In this document: positions 1 through 8,638 of the stretch, in pieces
Layout: every line of letters starts with the position of its first letter
How positions within the stretch are numbered: position 1 is the stretch's first letter
Assembly (NCBI GenBank): GCA_007122875.1
Contig: SKSS01000093.1
Location: forward strand, 1 to 41,310
Length of the DNA stretch: 41,310 nucleotides
Direction of reading: 5' to 3'
DNA from: Salinarchaeum sp.
GTDB lineage: Archaea; Halobacteriota; Halobacteria; Halobacteriales; QS-1-68-20
Made by a program: the position numbers and the translations under genes
The notes under the pieces: generated by a model
Databases searched by the model: none
What the model was told of the DNA's origin: nothing
The model's input: the letters and a program-made list of their open reading frames with translations, nothing else

Positions 1-61
1 GCCGAAACCAGCCGTGAGTTGTCCGACGACCAGCCGTAGCCAAACGCCACGCTACACGACA

Positions 62-73
62 GAATAGCTATTC
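62..73. promoter_or_regulatory. Perfect 12-bp palindrome GAATAGCTATTC at the expected TATA position of the first FilR1-like regulator gene (candidate TATA box or auto-operator)
   Basis: Read directly; self-complementary; lies 23-34 nt upstream of ATG 96. Confidence 0.3.
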
Positions 74-95
74 CCTGCGATGACTTACTGCACAT

Positions 96-905
96 ATGTT
101 AGCAAACAGCACAGACTCGCCGCTCGACGACATCGTGTTCCTCGCGCGGTCGCACCACCGCGTCACCGCGCTCGACGCACTCGCCGACCATCCGCGGACC
201 CGAGACGAACTTCGAACGCTGACCGGGGCGTCGCCGTCAACGATCAGCCGCATGGTCCGCGAGTTTGAGGACCGCCACTGGATCCGCAGGAACGGTCACC
301 GCTACGAGGCGACGTCGCTCGGAGCGTTCGTCGCCTCCGGAATGAGCGACCTACTCGATCGGATCGAGACCGAACGGAAGCTCCGCGTCGCCTGGAAACT
401 GCTCCCGATCGAGGAGTGTGGGATCACCCCCGAGATGGTCTCCGATGCGACCGTGACGGTCGCGGAGGCTGACGATCCGTACCGCCCGGTGAATCGGTTC
501 GTGTCGCTCCTTCGGGAGGCGAAGCGGTTCCGGTTCGTCGGCTCCGACGTGGCGTTGCTCGAACCCTGCAAGGACGTGCTTCGAGAGCGGATCGTCGACG
601 GCATGCAAGCTGAGATCATCGATCCCCCGACGGTCGCCCAGTACATTCTCTCGACGTACCGAGAACACTGCGCCGAATCCCTGGTGAGCGGCAACCTAAC
701 CGTCCAGCTACACGACGACCTCCCTCAGTACGGCCTCAGCATCCTCGACGATCGGGTCGGAATCACCGGCTACGATCCCGACAGCGGAACGGTTCGGCTA
801 CTGATCGAGACGACCGACCCGGAGGTGCGCGAGTGGGCGAAGTCGACGTTCGATGCGTACCGACGCGAGGCACGACCGCTCACGCTCGAACAGCCCGTGC
901 GGTGA
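96..905 (+). CDS. Winged-helix (ArsR-like) transcriptional regulator with FilR1/DUF1724-type C-terminal domain
   Basis: 269-aa ORF. N-terminus LDDIVFLARSHHRVTALDAL...LTGASPSTISRMVREFEDRHWI is the wHTH pattern of haloarchaeal HTH+DUF1724 regulators. Clear paralog at 9273-10124. Confidence 0.8.
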   Translation: MLANSTDSPLDDIVFLARSHHRVTALDALADHPRTRDELRTLTGASPSTISRMVREFEDRHWIRRNGHRYEATSLGAFVASGMSDLLDRIETERKLRVAWKLLPIEECGITPEMVSDATVTVAEADDPYRPVNRFVSLLREAKRFRFVGSDVALLEPCKDVLRERIVDGMQAEIIDPPTVAQYILSTYREHCAESLVSGNLTVQLHDDLPQYGLSILDDRVGITGYDPDSGTVRLLIETTDPEVREWAKSTFDAYRREARPLTLEQPVR

Positions 906-912
906 TCGCGTT

Positions 913-939
913 CACACCGTGCAATGTAGTCACGGTGTG
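913..939 (+). promoter_or_regulatory. 9-bp perfect inverted repeat CACACCGTG-N9-CACGGTGTG between the regulator and the methyltransferase (hairpin or operator candidate)
   Basis: Read directly. Starts 8 nt after the regulator stop codon (903-905). Arms are exact reverse complements. Confidence 0.35.
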
Positions 940-1115
940 CACAGATTTCACGGGATGCCTACATATTCCGGCGAGTGCTGGTTCTCTAAGGGGATGGCAC
1001 CGTGATCGCCTGCGGCCCTCGACTCCGTTAGCAAGCCGAGGGTCCATCGCCGTCGTGACCGTGAGCGCCATCCCGTTCGAACCGACGCAACGACTGTTCG
1101 AGGAGGAACCCGACA

Positions 1116-1886
1116 ATGGCAGGTACACTCGACGTAGATAAACTGGAACGCGAAGTGAAAACCGTCTATCGTGGCGTCGCGGAAACGCCGACCGAAGAAC
1201 GCCACTTCGAGATGGGCCGTGACCTCGCGGAACGTCTCGGATACCCACCGGCGGATCTCGATCGAATTCCCGAGGAAGCCATCGACTCCTTCGCAGGGGT
1301 CGGCTATCACTTCGATCTCGCCGACCTGCAACCGGGGGAGAGCGTCCTCGATCTCGGTAGTGGATCGGGAATGGACGTGTTCGTCGCGGCGTTGCACGTC
1401 GGTGAGACCGGGAGTGTAACCGGGCTGGACATGACCGACGAACAGCTCGCGAAGGCCCGACGGCTCCGAGACGAATCGGAAATGGACACCGTCTCCTTCG
1501 AGAACGGGTACGTCGAGGATCTCCCGTTCGAGGACGACTCGTTCGACGTCGTCGTCTCGAACGGCGTGATCAATCTCTCACCTGAGAAAGATCGGGTCTT
1601 CGATGAGATACGTCGCGTTCTCGGACCGGACGGCCGTCTGGCGCTCTCGGACATCATCAGCGAGGAGACGATGCCCGACGGCATCAAGGCGAACGCCGAC
1701 CTCTGGGCAGCGTGCATCGGCGGCGCAGAGCAGGTCGACGACTACATGGACGTGATCGAAACCCCTGGGTTCGACATCGTCGACCTTCGGGAGAATCCCC
1801 AGTACGAGTTCACCTCCGAGCAGGCGCAGAGCGCCTGCACGAAATACGGCGTGAAGAGCGTCTCACTGGCCGCTCGACGACAGTGA
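1116..1886 (+). CDS. Class I SAM-dependent methyltransferase, ArsM-like fold
   Basis: 256-aa ORF. SAM motif I VLDLGSGSGMDVF, then DLPFEDDSFDVVVSNGVINL and WAACIGGA blocks, colinear with arsenite methyltransferase family proteins. Confidence 0.8.
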   Translation: MAGTLDVDKLEREVKTVYRGVAETPTEERHFEMGRDLAERLGYPPADLDRIPEEAIDSFAGVGYHFDLADLQPGESVLDLGSGSGMDVFVAALHVGETGSVTGLDMTDEQLAKARRLRDESEMDTVSFENGYVEDLPFEDDSFDVVVSNGVINLSPEKDRVFDEIRRVLGPDGRLALSDIISEETMPDGIKANADLWAACIGGAEQVDDYMDVIETPGFDIVDLRENPQYEFTSEQAQSACTKYGVKSVSLAARRQ

Positions 1887-2008
1887 CAGTACCGAGTGCC
1901 ACCGACCACCGTTCAGTCGTCCACTCGAGACCGGGCGAACAGCGCGACGGACCTCGCCGCTAGCCGGAAACCGACACGCTAACCCGACGTCCCTCCCTAC
2001 TCGGGACG

Positions 2009-4840
2009 ATGAGGGCGACCGTCACCGGACGGCACACCGATCCGATTCGACTCCTGCTGGCGGGAACCGAGGAGTGGCTGGGGCGAACGCACGATATCCT
2101 CGAACGGGCCGACGAGCGGACCGACTGCGTTCTGGCGTCGACGATCGACGACGCGATCGACGAACTCGCTGCCACGGCACCGCCGTATCACGCGGTGATC
2201 GTGGCGCAGGAACTCGAACGAGGAGCAGGGCTCGAACTGATCGAGCACGCGAACGGGACGACGCCGAGCGTCCCCGTAGTGTTACATCCGGCCTCCGGAA
2301 GCGAGCGCCTTGCGGGTGAGGCGGTCGCCAAGGGAATCGCAGCGTATGTTCCGTGGGACGAGCACGGCCGGTTACCCGAGCGCGTCTTCGACGCGGTCGA
2401 ACGCGCCGAGGCGGCTCGCGATCGTTTCCAGCTTGCCGCCCGATTCGAGTCCGCCTTCGACGCCCCCGATCGATACGCGTGGGTGCTCGACGCCACAGGT
2501 CGAATCGTCGCGGCGAACGCCCAGTCACTGGAACTGATCGACGACACTGACGATTGGCTCGGAGAGCCCTTCGCCGAGTCACCGTGGTGTGCCCGAGCGG
2601 TCGGAGACGAGATCGAACGAGCAATCGAAGACGTCCACGAGGAGCGATCGATCCGAATCGACATCGATGAGGTTCCCCCCGGCCACGAGAACCGAATCAC
2701 GGAACTGCTGCTCAGGCCGATACGGGACCGGTCGGGGACGGTCGCCGAGATTCTGGTGGAGGCCGAGGACGCGAGTCGACAACGTCGGCGGGAGATCGAA
2801 CTCCGCCGCTCCGAACGACTCCATCGGGTCACCCTCAACAACATGACCGACACGGTGTTAGTCACCGACGACGATGGCGAATTCGTCTACGTCTGTCCGA
2901 ACGTCCACTTCATTTTCGGCTACTCGGTCGAAGAGGTCCACGAACTGGAGACGATTGACGAACTGCTCACGCCGGACCTGTTCGATCCGGACCGACTCGA
3001 CGAGAAAGACGTACTGACGAACATCGAGTGTGAGACCACCGACAAATCCGGTCAAAAACGAACCCTGCTGGTGAACGTAAAGCGTGTGTCGATCCAGGGT
3101 GGGACGCTCCTGTTCAGCTGCCGGGACGTCACCAAGCGAAAGGAACGAGAGCGTGCGCTGACGACCCTGCACGGAACGGCGCGTGAGTTGCTGTACGCCG
3201 AGACCGGTGAGGAGATTGCCCGAACGCTCGTCGCCGACACGACGGAAGCGCTGAACGCCGACGGGGCGGCGTTCTATCGGTTCGACGACGAGAATGCCGT
3301 CCTTCGGCCCGTCGCGGTGACCGACGGAATGGAGGCCCTCCACGGCCCGCTTCCTGAACTGGCGCCAGACGCCAATAGCAACGTCGGCCACGCGTTCATC
3401 GAAGGAGAGCTGTCGATCTTCGCGGACATTCGTGACTCGGATCGGCTCACGAACCCGTCGACCGACGTGCGCGGGTGCGTGTACGCAGCCGTCGGAGCGT
3501 ACGGTGTGCTCGCCGTCGCCAGCGAACGACCCGACAACTTCGACGAAATTGCCGTGGAGATCGCCGACCTCGTGGCCGCGACGGCCGAAGCGGCGTTCGA
3601 TCGCGTCGAACGGGAGGCGGAGCTCAGAGGTCGGGATCGGAAACTCCAGCGGCAGAACGAGCGCCTCGTTCGGAGCAGCCGAATCAACGACCTGATTCGA
3701 GAAGTTGCACGGACCCTCGTCCGGGCCGAGAGTCGAGAACACATCGAGCACTCGGTTTGTGCCAGCCTCACGGACGCCGGCCGGTTCGGATTCGCGTGGA
3801 TCGCGACGGGGGATGTCGATGGACTCGTCCCGCGAGCGATCGGTGGCTCCGAGCGCGGGTACGTCGATGCGATCTACGAGGAGGACGTGATCGGCGACGA
3901 GCCCGTCGGACGCACCGCACGGACTGGCGAGCCGACCGTCGTCACGAACGTCGCGGCGGGGATCCACGAGAGCCGCTGGCGTCGCGAGGCGTTGTCGCGT
4001 GGGATCCAGTCTGTGATCTCGGTTCCACTGACCTACGAGGGCGTTCGATACGGTATCCTGGCCGTCTACGCGGTCGAGGCCGCTGCGTTCGATGAGGACA
4101 ACCACGACGTGTTCGTCGAACTGGGGGAGCTGGTCGCCGCGGCGATCGGGTCACACAAACGAAAGGACGCCCTGCTGGAAGGTTCGACGACCGAGCTGGA
4201 GTACGAAACCGACGATCCGGGGTGTCTCCCGTACGCCATTGCCCGGCGCGCGAACTGTTCGATCACGCTCGAGGGAGGGATTCAACAGGTCGAGGAAGGG
4301 GTGCTGGCGTTCCTCGCCGTCGATGGCGCGTCTATCGACCACGTCGCCAGCGTCGCCGCGGAGTTCACCGCCGTCGAGGAAGTGGTCGTCGTCGACGAAC
4401 GATCGGACGGCGGGACGCTCAGACTCAAGCTATCGAGCCCGTTTATCGCGACCGTTTTGGCAGACCACGGGGCTGTCCTCCGTCACCTCACAGCCGACGC
4501 CGACACCGCTCGCCTGACGATCGACGTCCCAGGATCGGTGTCCACGCGAACCGTCGAAGAGGTCGTCGGAACGGTCTACAACGACTGGGCGCTGGTCGCC
4601 CAGCGGGATCGCGACCGACGATTTGTCACCGATCGGGTGCAGTCGGAACTCGTTGATAAACTGACCGATCGACAGCTCGAAGTCGCGAGGACTGCGTATC
4701 ACAGCGGGTACTACGAATCCCCGCGCGAGAACACCGGCGAGGAGGTGGCTACTATCCTAGATATCTCACCAGCGACGTTCTATCAGACGAACCGTCGCAT
4801 TCATGAAAAAGTGTTTTCACTGCTGTTCGACGGCGAGTGA
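2009..4840 (+). CDS. Bat-like (bacterio-opsin activator family) sensor regulator: degenerate receiver, PAS, two GAF domains, C-terminal HTH_10
   Basis: 943-aa ORF. The C-terminal LTDRQLEVARTAYHSGYYESPRENTGEEVATILDISPATFYQTNRRIHEKV is the HTH_10 signature. The central region has PAS-like and GAF-like blocks typical of haloarchaeal Bat homologs. Confidence 0.8.
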   Translation: MRATVTGRHTDPIRLLLAGTEEWLGRTHDILERADERTDCVLASTIDDAIDELAATAPPYHAVIVAQELERGAGLELIEHANGTTPSVPVVLHPASGSERLAGEAVAKGIAAYVPWDEHGRLPERVFDAVERAEAARDRFQLAARFESAFDAPDRYAWVLDATGRIVAANAQSLELIDDTDDWLGEPFAESPWCARAVGDEIERAIEDVHEERSIRIDIDEVPPGHENRITELLLRPIRDRSGTVAEILVEAEDASRQRRREIELRRSERLHRVTLNNMTDTVLVTDDDGEFVYVCPNVHFIFGYSVEEVHELETIDELLTPDLFDPDRLDEKDVLTNIECETTDKSGQKRTLLVNVKRVSIQGGTLLFSCRDVTKRKERERALTTLHGTARELLYAETGEEIARTLVADTTEALNADGAAFYRFDDENAVLRPVAVTDGMEALHGPLPELAPDANSNVGHAFIEGELSIFADIRDSDRLTNPSTDVRGCVYAAVGAYGVLAVASERPDNFDEIAVEIADLVAATAEAAFDRVEREAELRGRDRKLQRQNERLVRSSRINDLIREVARTLVRAESREHIEHSVCASLTDAGRFGFAWIATGDVDGLVPRAIGGSERGYVDAIYEEDVIGDEPVGRTARTGEPTVVTNVAAGIHESRWRREALSRGIQSVISVPLTYEGVRYGILAVYAVEAAAFDEDNHDVFVELGELVAAAIGSHKRKDALLEGSTTELEYETDDPGCLPYAIARRANCSITLEGGIQQVEEGVLAFLAVDGASIDHVASVAAEFTAVEEVVVVDERSDGGTLRLKLSSPFIATVLADHGAVLRHLTADADTARLTIDVPGSVSTRTVEEVVGTVYNDWALVAQRDRDRRFVTDRVQSELVDKLTDRQLEVARTAYHSGYYESPRENTGEEVATILDISPATFYQTNRRIHEKVFSLLFDGE

Positions 4841-4932
4841 TCCGCTGTGTGGCCCATCACGTTCTAGTACTCGCGCTCGCCATCTTACGATAACGGTACT
4901 CACCATACCACGCTAACAGTGCTCACCGGACT

Positions 4933-4971
4933 ACCTAGATAATCGAGCCATCCGAACACTACACCTAGATA
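4933..4971. repeat. Two copies of the 9-mer ACCTAGATA exactly 30 bp apart in the AT-rich region upstream of the zinc-ribbon/gdhA unit
   Basis: Read directly: 4933-4941 and 4963-4971. The second copy is embedded in the inverted repeat ACACTA-N10-TAGTGT. Confidence 0.5.
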
Positions 4972-5019
4972 TAGTGTGACGCAATTCTTGCCCAAGCAGT
5001 AACTACCCCCGGCACGTTC

Positions 5020-5199
5020 ATGGGAAAACGATTGCAGCGGGTGGCCACCAGAAACGTCTGGGACACCGCGTACGAGACGAACGAGAAGTCGCAGTACGAG
5101 TGCTACGGATGCGGTCATCGTCTCTCGGTCGAGGGGTCACCGATCGTCTGTCCGGAGTGCGACGGACAGCTGCGTAATTGCGAGATGCCGATGGAGTAA
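5020..5199 (+). CDS. Small zinc-ribbon protein (rubrerythrin-like CxxC...CxxC domain), 59 aa; below the ORF-track cutoff
   Basis: Own translation: [59 protein letters not shown]. Two CxxC pairs, GC-rich third codon positions. TAA stop at 5197-5199 lies 2 nt before the gdhA ATG. Confidence 0.6.
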   Translation: MGKRLQRVATRNVWDTAYETNEKSQYECYGCGHRLSVEGSPIVCPECDGQLRNCEMPME

Positions 5200-5201
5200 T
5201 C

Positions 5202-6497
5202 ATGGCTTCGAACGCTAACAGCGGGACTCACGAGGAGGTAGATGCGGCGGAACCGAACCCCGAGTCGGCCCTCGATACAGCCCGACACCAGCTCGAACGA
5301 GCGGCTGCGGAACTCGACCTGGACTCGAACACGGTCGAGCGGTTGAAACACCCCACTCGCGTCCAGCGAGTCTCCGTTCCGCTCGAACGAGACGACGGCA
5401 CCGTCGAGGTGTTGACCGGGTATCGGGCACAGCACAACAGCGTTCTCGGCCCCTACAAGGGTGGGATGCGATATCATCCCGAGGTCACCGAAGAGGAGTG
5501 TATCGGACTCGCGATGTGGATGACCTGGAAGTGTGCCGTGATGGATCTCCCGCTCGGTGGCGCGAAGGGCGGCATCGTCGTGAATCCGAAGGACCTCAGC
5601 ATTGCCGAAAAGGAACGGCTAACCCGTCGGTTCTCGAAGGAACTCCGCGACATCGTCGGACCCAATCGTGACATCCCGGCCCCCGACATGGGGACTGATC
5701 CCCAGACGATGGCCTGGTTCATGGACGCATACAGCGTTCAGGAAGGCGAGACGACACCCGGCGTCGTCACCGGAAAGCCACCCGAGATCGGAGGAAGCTA
5801 CGGGCGCGAGGAGGCCCCCGGACGAAGCGTCGCGATCATCACCCGTGAAGCGTGTGACTACTACGATTTCGATCTCGACGACACGACGGTTGCCGTCCAG
5901 GGATTCGGAAGCGTCGGAGCGAACGCGGCTCGCTTGCTCGACGAGTGGGGAGCGACCATCGTCGCGATCAGCGACGTGAACGGGGCGGTCTACGATCCCG
6001 ATGGGCTGCCGGTTCAGGAGATCCCGTCACACGACGAGGAGCCGGAGGCCGTCACGCGCGACGCCGACGATCTCCTGACGAACGACGAGCTGTTGGCACT
6101 CGACGTCGACGTGCTGATTCCAGCGGCGATCGGGAACGTGATCACCGGTGCGAACGCCAGCGACATCCGTGCCGACCTCGTCATTGAAGGAGCGAACGGA
6201 CCGACGACGTTCGCTGCGGACGCGATCCTCGAACGACGTGACGTGGCCGTGATTCCCGACATCCTGGCCAACGCGGGCGGCGTCACGGTCTCGTACTTCG
6301 AGTGGCTGCAGGACATCAATCGGCGGAAGTGGTCGCTCGAACGGGTCAACGAGGAACTCGAAACCGAGATGGTCCGGGCCTGGAACGACGTCCGCGAGGA
6401 GTACGAGCGCCGCGACGTTAGCTGGCGCACTGCGGCGTACGTCGTCGGACTCTCTCGGGTGGCCGAAGCGATCGAGTACCGCGGGCTGTGGCCCTGA
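5202..6497 (+). CDS. gdhA: Glutamate dehydrogenase (Glu/Leu/Phe/Val dehydrogenase family)
   Basis: [11 protein letters not shown] and PLGGAKGG catalytic-lysine blocks plus a GFGSVG Rossmann motif. Start chosen at the internal ATG 5202 of track ORF 5178-6497. Confidence 0.9.
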   Translation: MASNANSGTHEEVDAAEPNPESALDTARHQLERAAAELDLDSNTVERLKHPTRVQRVSVPLERDDGTVEVLTGYRAQHNSVLGPYKGGMRYHPEVTEEECIGLAMWMTWKCAVMDLPLGGAKGGIVVNPKDLSIAEKERLTRRFSKELRDIVGPNRDIPAPDMGTDPQTMAWFMDAYSVQEGETTPGVVTGKPPEIGGSYGREEAPGRSVAIITREACDYYDFDLDDTTVAVQGFGSVGANAARLLDEWGATIVAISDVNGAVYDPDGLPVQEIPSHDEEPEAVTRDADDLLTNDELLALDVDVLIPAAIGNVITGANASDIRADLVIEGANGPTTFAADAILERRDVAVIPDILANAGGVTVSYFEWLQDINRRKWSLERVNEELETEMVRAWNDVREEYERRDVSWRTAAYVVGLSRVAEAIEYRGLWP

Positions 6498-6628
6498 GTC
6501 ATCGAACGGCCGACCGGATATCCGTCTTCCCGTCCCGATCCTGGTGAGTTGTGGAGGTCGACAAACGGATTTTCGGATCCCAACCCAGACACCTTCACGG
6601 TCGAGTCTGCAACGGTCGGCCGTCTGGA

Positions 6629-8047
6629 TCAGTCGTCAGCCGTCACGTCGAACGGCGGCTCTACGTCCTCGGGAAGCGGGCAGTCGTAGCCGCCGTCAGC
6701 GGTTGCCTCGGCGAACTCCTCGTTCGCGCGTTCGACGGTCTCCTCGTCAGCTAGCAGGTCGGCGACGGTCCCGCCGAGCACCTTCGCCGCGAAGACCGCA
6801 CCCTTCGATGCGAAGTCACCGTTCGCGGCGACGACCTGCCAGCCGTGACCCGGAGCCCCGATCGGCCACGTCGCGGCACGGAACTGGCCCGTCGGCGCAA
6901 TCCAGCTCACGTCACCCACGTCAGTCGAACCGCCACCGACCTCGCCCTCGTCGTAGGCCTCGACCGGCTCACCGTAGAGCGGGGCGTCACCGACGGCCGC
7001 CTCGACCTCGTCGGGGGCATCGTCGAACCGGCTCGCGAGTCGGTCGTCGGCGACCGTCTCCCGGAGGTCGGCCGCGAACTCGCGGTCGTCGTCGTCGTAC
7101 TCGATCGTACCCGCCTCCTGCATGTTCTCCCAGATCACGTCCGTCACGGTCTCGTTCGGTAGGAAGTCGTAACACCCCGTGATGTACCGCCGCTCGACGT
7201 CGGTCTGGGTCATCGTCGCGGCCGCCTCCGCGATATCCGTGACCCACGCCGAAATCCGGTCGACCTCGTCGCGGTCCGGCGCGCGGACGAAGTACCAGAC
7301 TTCAGCCTCCGGCGGGACGACGTTCGGAGCCCCGCCACCGTCGGTGATCGAGTAGTGAACGCGCGCCTCCTCGGGAATGTGTTCGCGCATCCGCTCGACG
7401 CCCGCGTTCAGCAGCTCGACGCCGTCGAGCGCGCTCCGACCGGATTCCGGCGATCCGCCCGCGTGAGCCGCCGTCCCCTCGAAGCGAAACTGCATGGAGT
7501 CGAGTGCGAGCGACGAGCCGAGTTGGGGCCGGCTGAGGTCGCTCGGGTGCCACGTCACGGAGGCGTCGAGGTCGTCGAACGCGCCGTCACGGGCCATGAA
7601 CACCTTCCCGACCAGCGTCTCCTCGGCCGGACAGCCGTAGAATCGGACCGTCCCGTCCAGCTCACCCGCGTCGATGGCCTCCTTGACGCCGATCGCACCC
7701 CAGACGCCCGCGGTGCCGAACAGGTTGTGGCCGCAGCCGTGCCCCGGCCCGCCCTCCTCGATCGGATCGCGCTCCGCGCTCACCGTCTGTGAGAGGCCTG
7801 GAAGCGCGTCGTACTCGCCGAGGATGCCAACGACCGGCCGCCCGTCACCGTACTCCGCAACGAACGCCGTGGGCATATCGCCGACGCCCGTCTCCACGTC
7901 GAAGCCCTCCGCTTCCAGCACCTCGATCAGCGTCTGTGCGGACTCCTCCTCGTGGAGGCCGAGTTCGGGCGTCTCCCAGATTGCATCGCACGTCTCGATC
8001 AGCCGCTCGCGGTCGTTCTCGATCGTCTCGAACACCAGATCCTTCAT
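6629..8047 (-). CDS. M20-family amidohydrolase (AbgB / aminobenzoyl-glutamate hydrolase subunit B-like)
   Basis: 472-aa ORF. N-terminal IWETPELGLHEEESA...GILGEYDALPGLSQ and GHGCGHNL blocks are typical of M20 peptidase/amidohydrolases. Confidence 0.8.
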   Translation of the reverse strand: MKDLVFETIENDRERLIETCDAIWETPELGLHEEESAQTLIEVLEAEGFDVETGVGDMPTAFVAEYGDGRPVVGILGEYDALPGLSQTVSAERDPIEEGGPGHGCGHNLFGTAGVWGAIGVKEAIDAGELDGTVRFYGCPAEETLVGKVFMARDGAFDDLDASVTWHPSDLSRPQLGSSLALDSMQFRFEGTAAHAGGSPESGRSALDGVELLNAGVERMREHIPEEARVHYSITDGGGAPNVVPPEAEVWYFVRAPDRDEVDRISAWVTDIAEAAATMTQTDVERRYITGCYDFLPNETVTDVIWENMQEAGTIEYDDDDREFAADLRETVADDRLASRFDDAPDEVEAAVGDAPLYGEPVEAYDEGEVGGGSTDVGDVSWIAPTGQFRAATWPIGAPGHGWQVVAANGDFASKGAVFAAKVLGGTVADLLADEETVERANEEFAEATADGGYDCPLPEDVEPPFDVTADD

Positions 8048-8116
8048 AGGCGAGGAAACTGGCGCGGGAGCGGGTTAAGCGTTCGTCAGGCGGCAGGGTG
8101 GTCTGAGCGGTTTCGG

Positions 8117-8638
8117 CTACTCCCTCTCTCCCGTCTCGACCGGCGGTCTCACGATATTTCCCCACTCGGTCCACGAACCGTCGTAGTTCTCGACGCCGTC
8201 GTATCCCAGCAGTTCGGTCAGCGGGTAGTCGTTCTCGATCCAGTAGTCCTTCCCGCCGTCAAGGACACGAGTGTCGTCGTGGCCGTAGTATTTGAACTGC
8301 CAGTAGGCGAAGAGCGCGAACCAGTTGGAGATTCAGCCGTTCCCGTAGCAGACGACCGTCGAATCCTCGGTGATTCCTGCGGCCCCGATCGTCTCCTCGA
8401 AATCGTCCTTCTTGAGGATGTCCCGCTGAACCGGATCGGAGAGGTCCTCGTCCCACTGCATCCCAATCGCACCGCGGATGTGGCCGTCGTCGTACCGCGA
8501 GGGGAAGTCGGAGTCGGGCGATTCGGGGCTGTTGACCTCGACGAGCATCAGGTCGGGATCGTCGTCCTCAAACTCGTCGAGTCGTTTCTCCACCCAGTCG
8601 GCCGAGACGAGCACGTCGGTGTCGTAGTCGCTTCCCAT
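8117..8638 (-). pseudogene. Decayed rhodanese-type sulfurtransferase: in-frame TGA at 8333-8335 and loss of most of the catalytic second domain
   Basis: Track ORF ends ...STVVCYGNG at TGA 8333-8335. The same frame continues [71 protein letters not shown] to TAG 8117-8119. No CRIGERS-type active-site loop is present. Confidence 0.7.

Noticed and set aside
2858-4105. 415-aa minus-strand ORF antisense to the bat-like gene (and the similar 2188-2865, 3274-3771).
   Set aside because: Fully nested antisense to a gene with clear domain signatures. Arg/Val/Asp-rich low-information sequence typical of stop-free antisense frames in high-GC DNA. No motif.
6544-7182. Extremely Arg/Pro/Ser-rich ORFs (this one, and also 20923-21762, 21108-21932, 34946-36043).
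   Set aside because: Alternative-frame or antisense translations of GC-rich coding DNA. Their compositions are incompatible with the acidic haloarchaeal proteome.
8333-8335. The in-frame TGA in the rhodanese gene as selenocysteine or programmed read-through.
   Set aside because: Haloarchaea are not known to use selenocysteine. No SECIS-like structure was evident. The gene also lacks its catalytic domain, so a pseudogene (or a sequencing error) is the simpler explanation.
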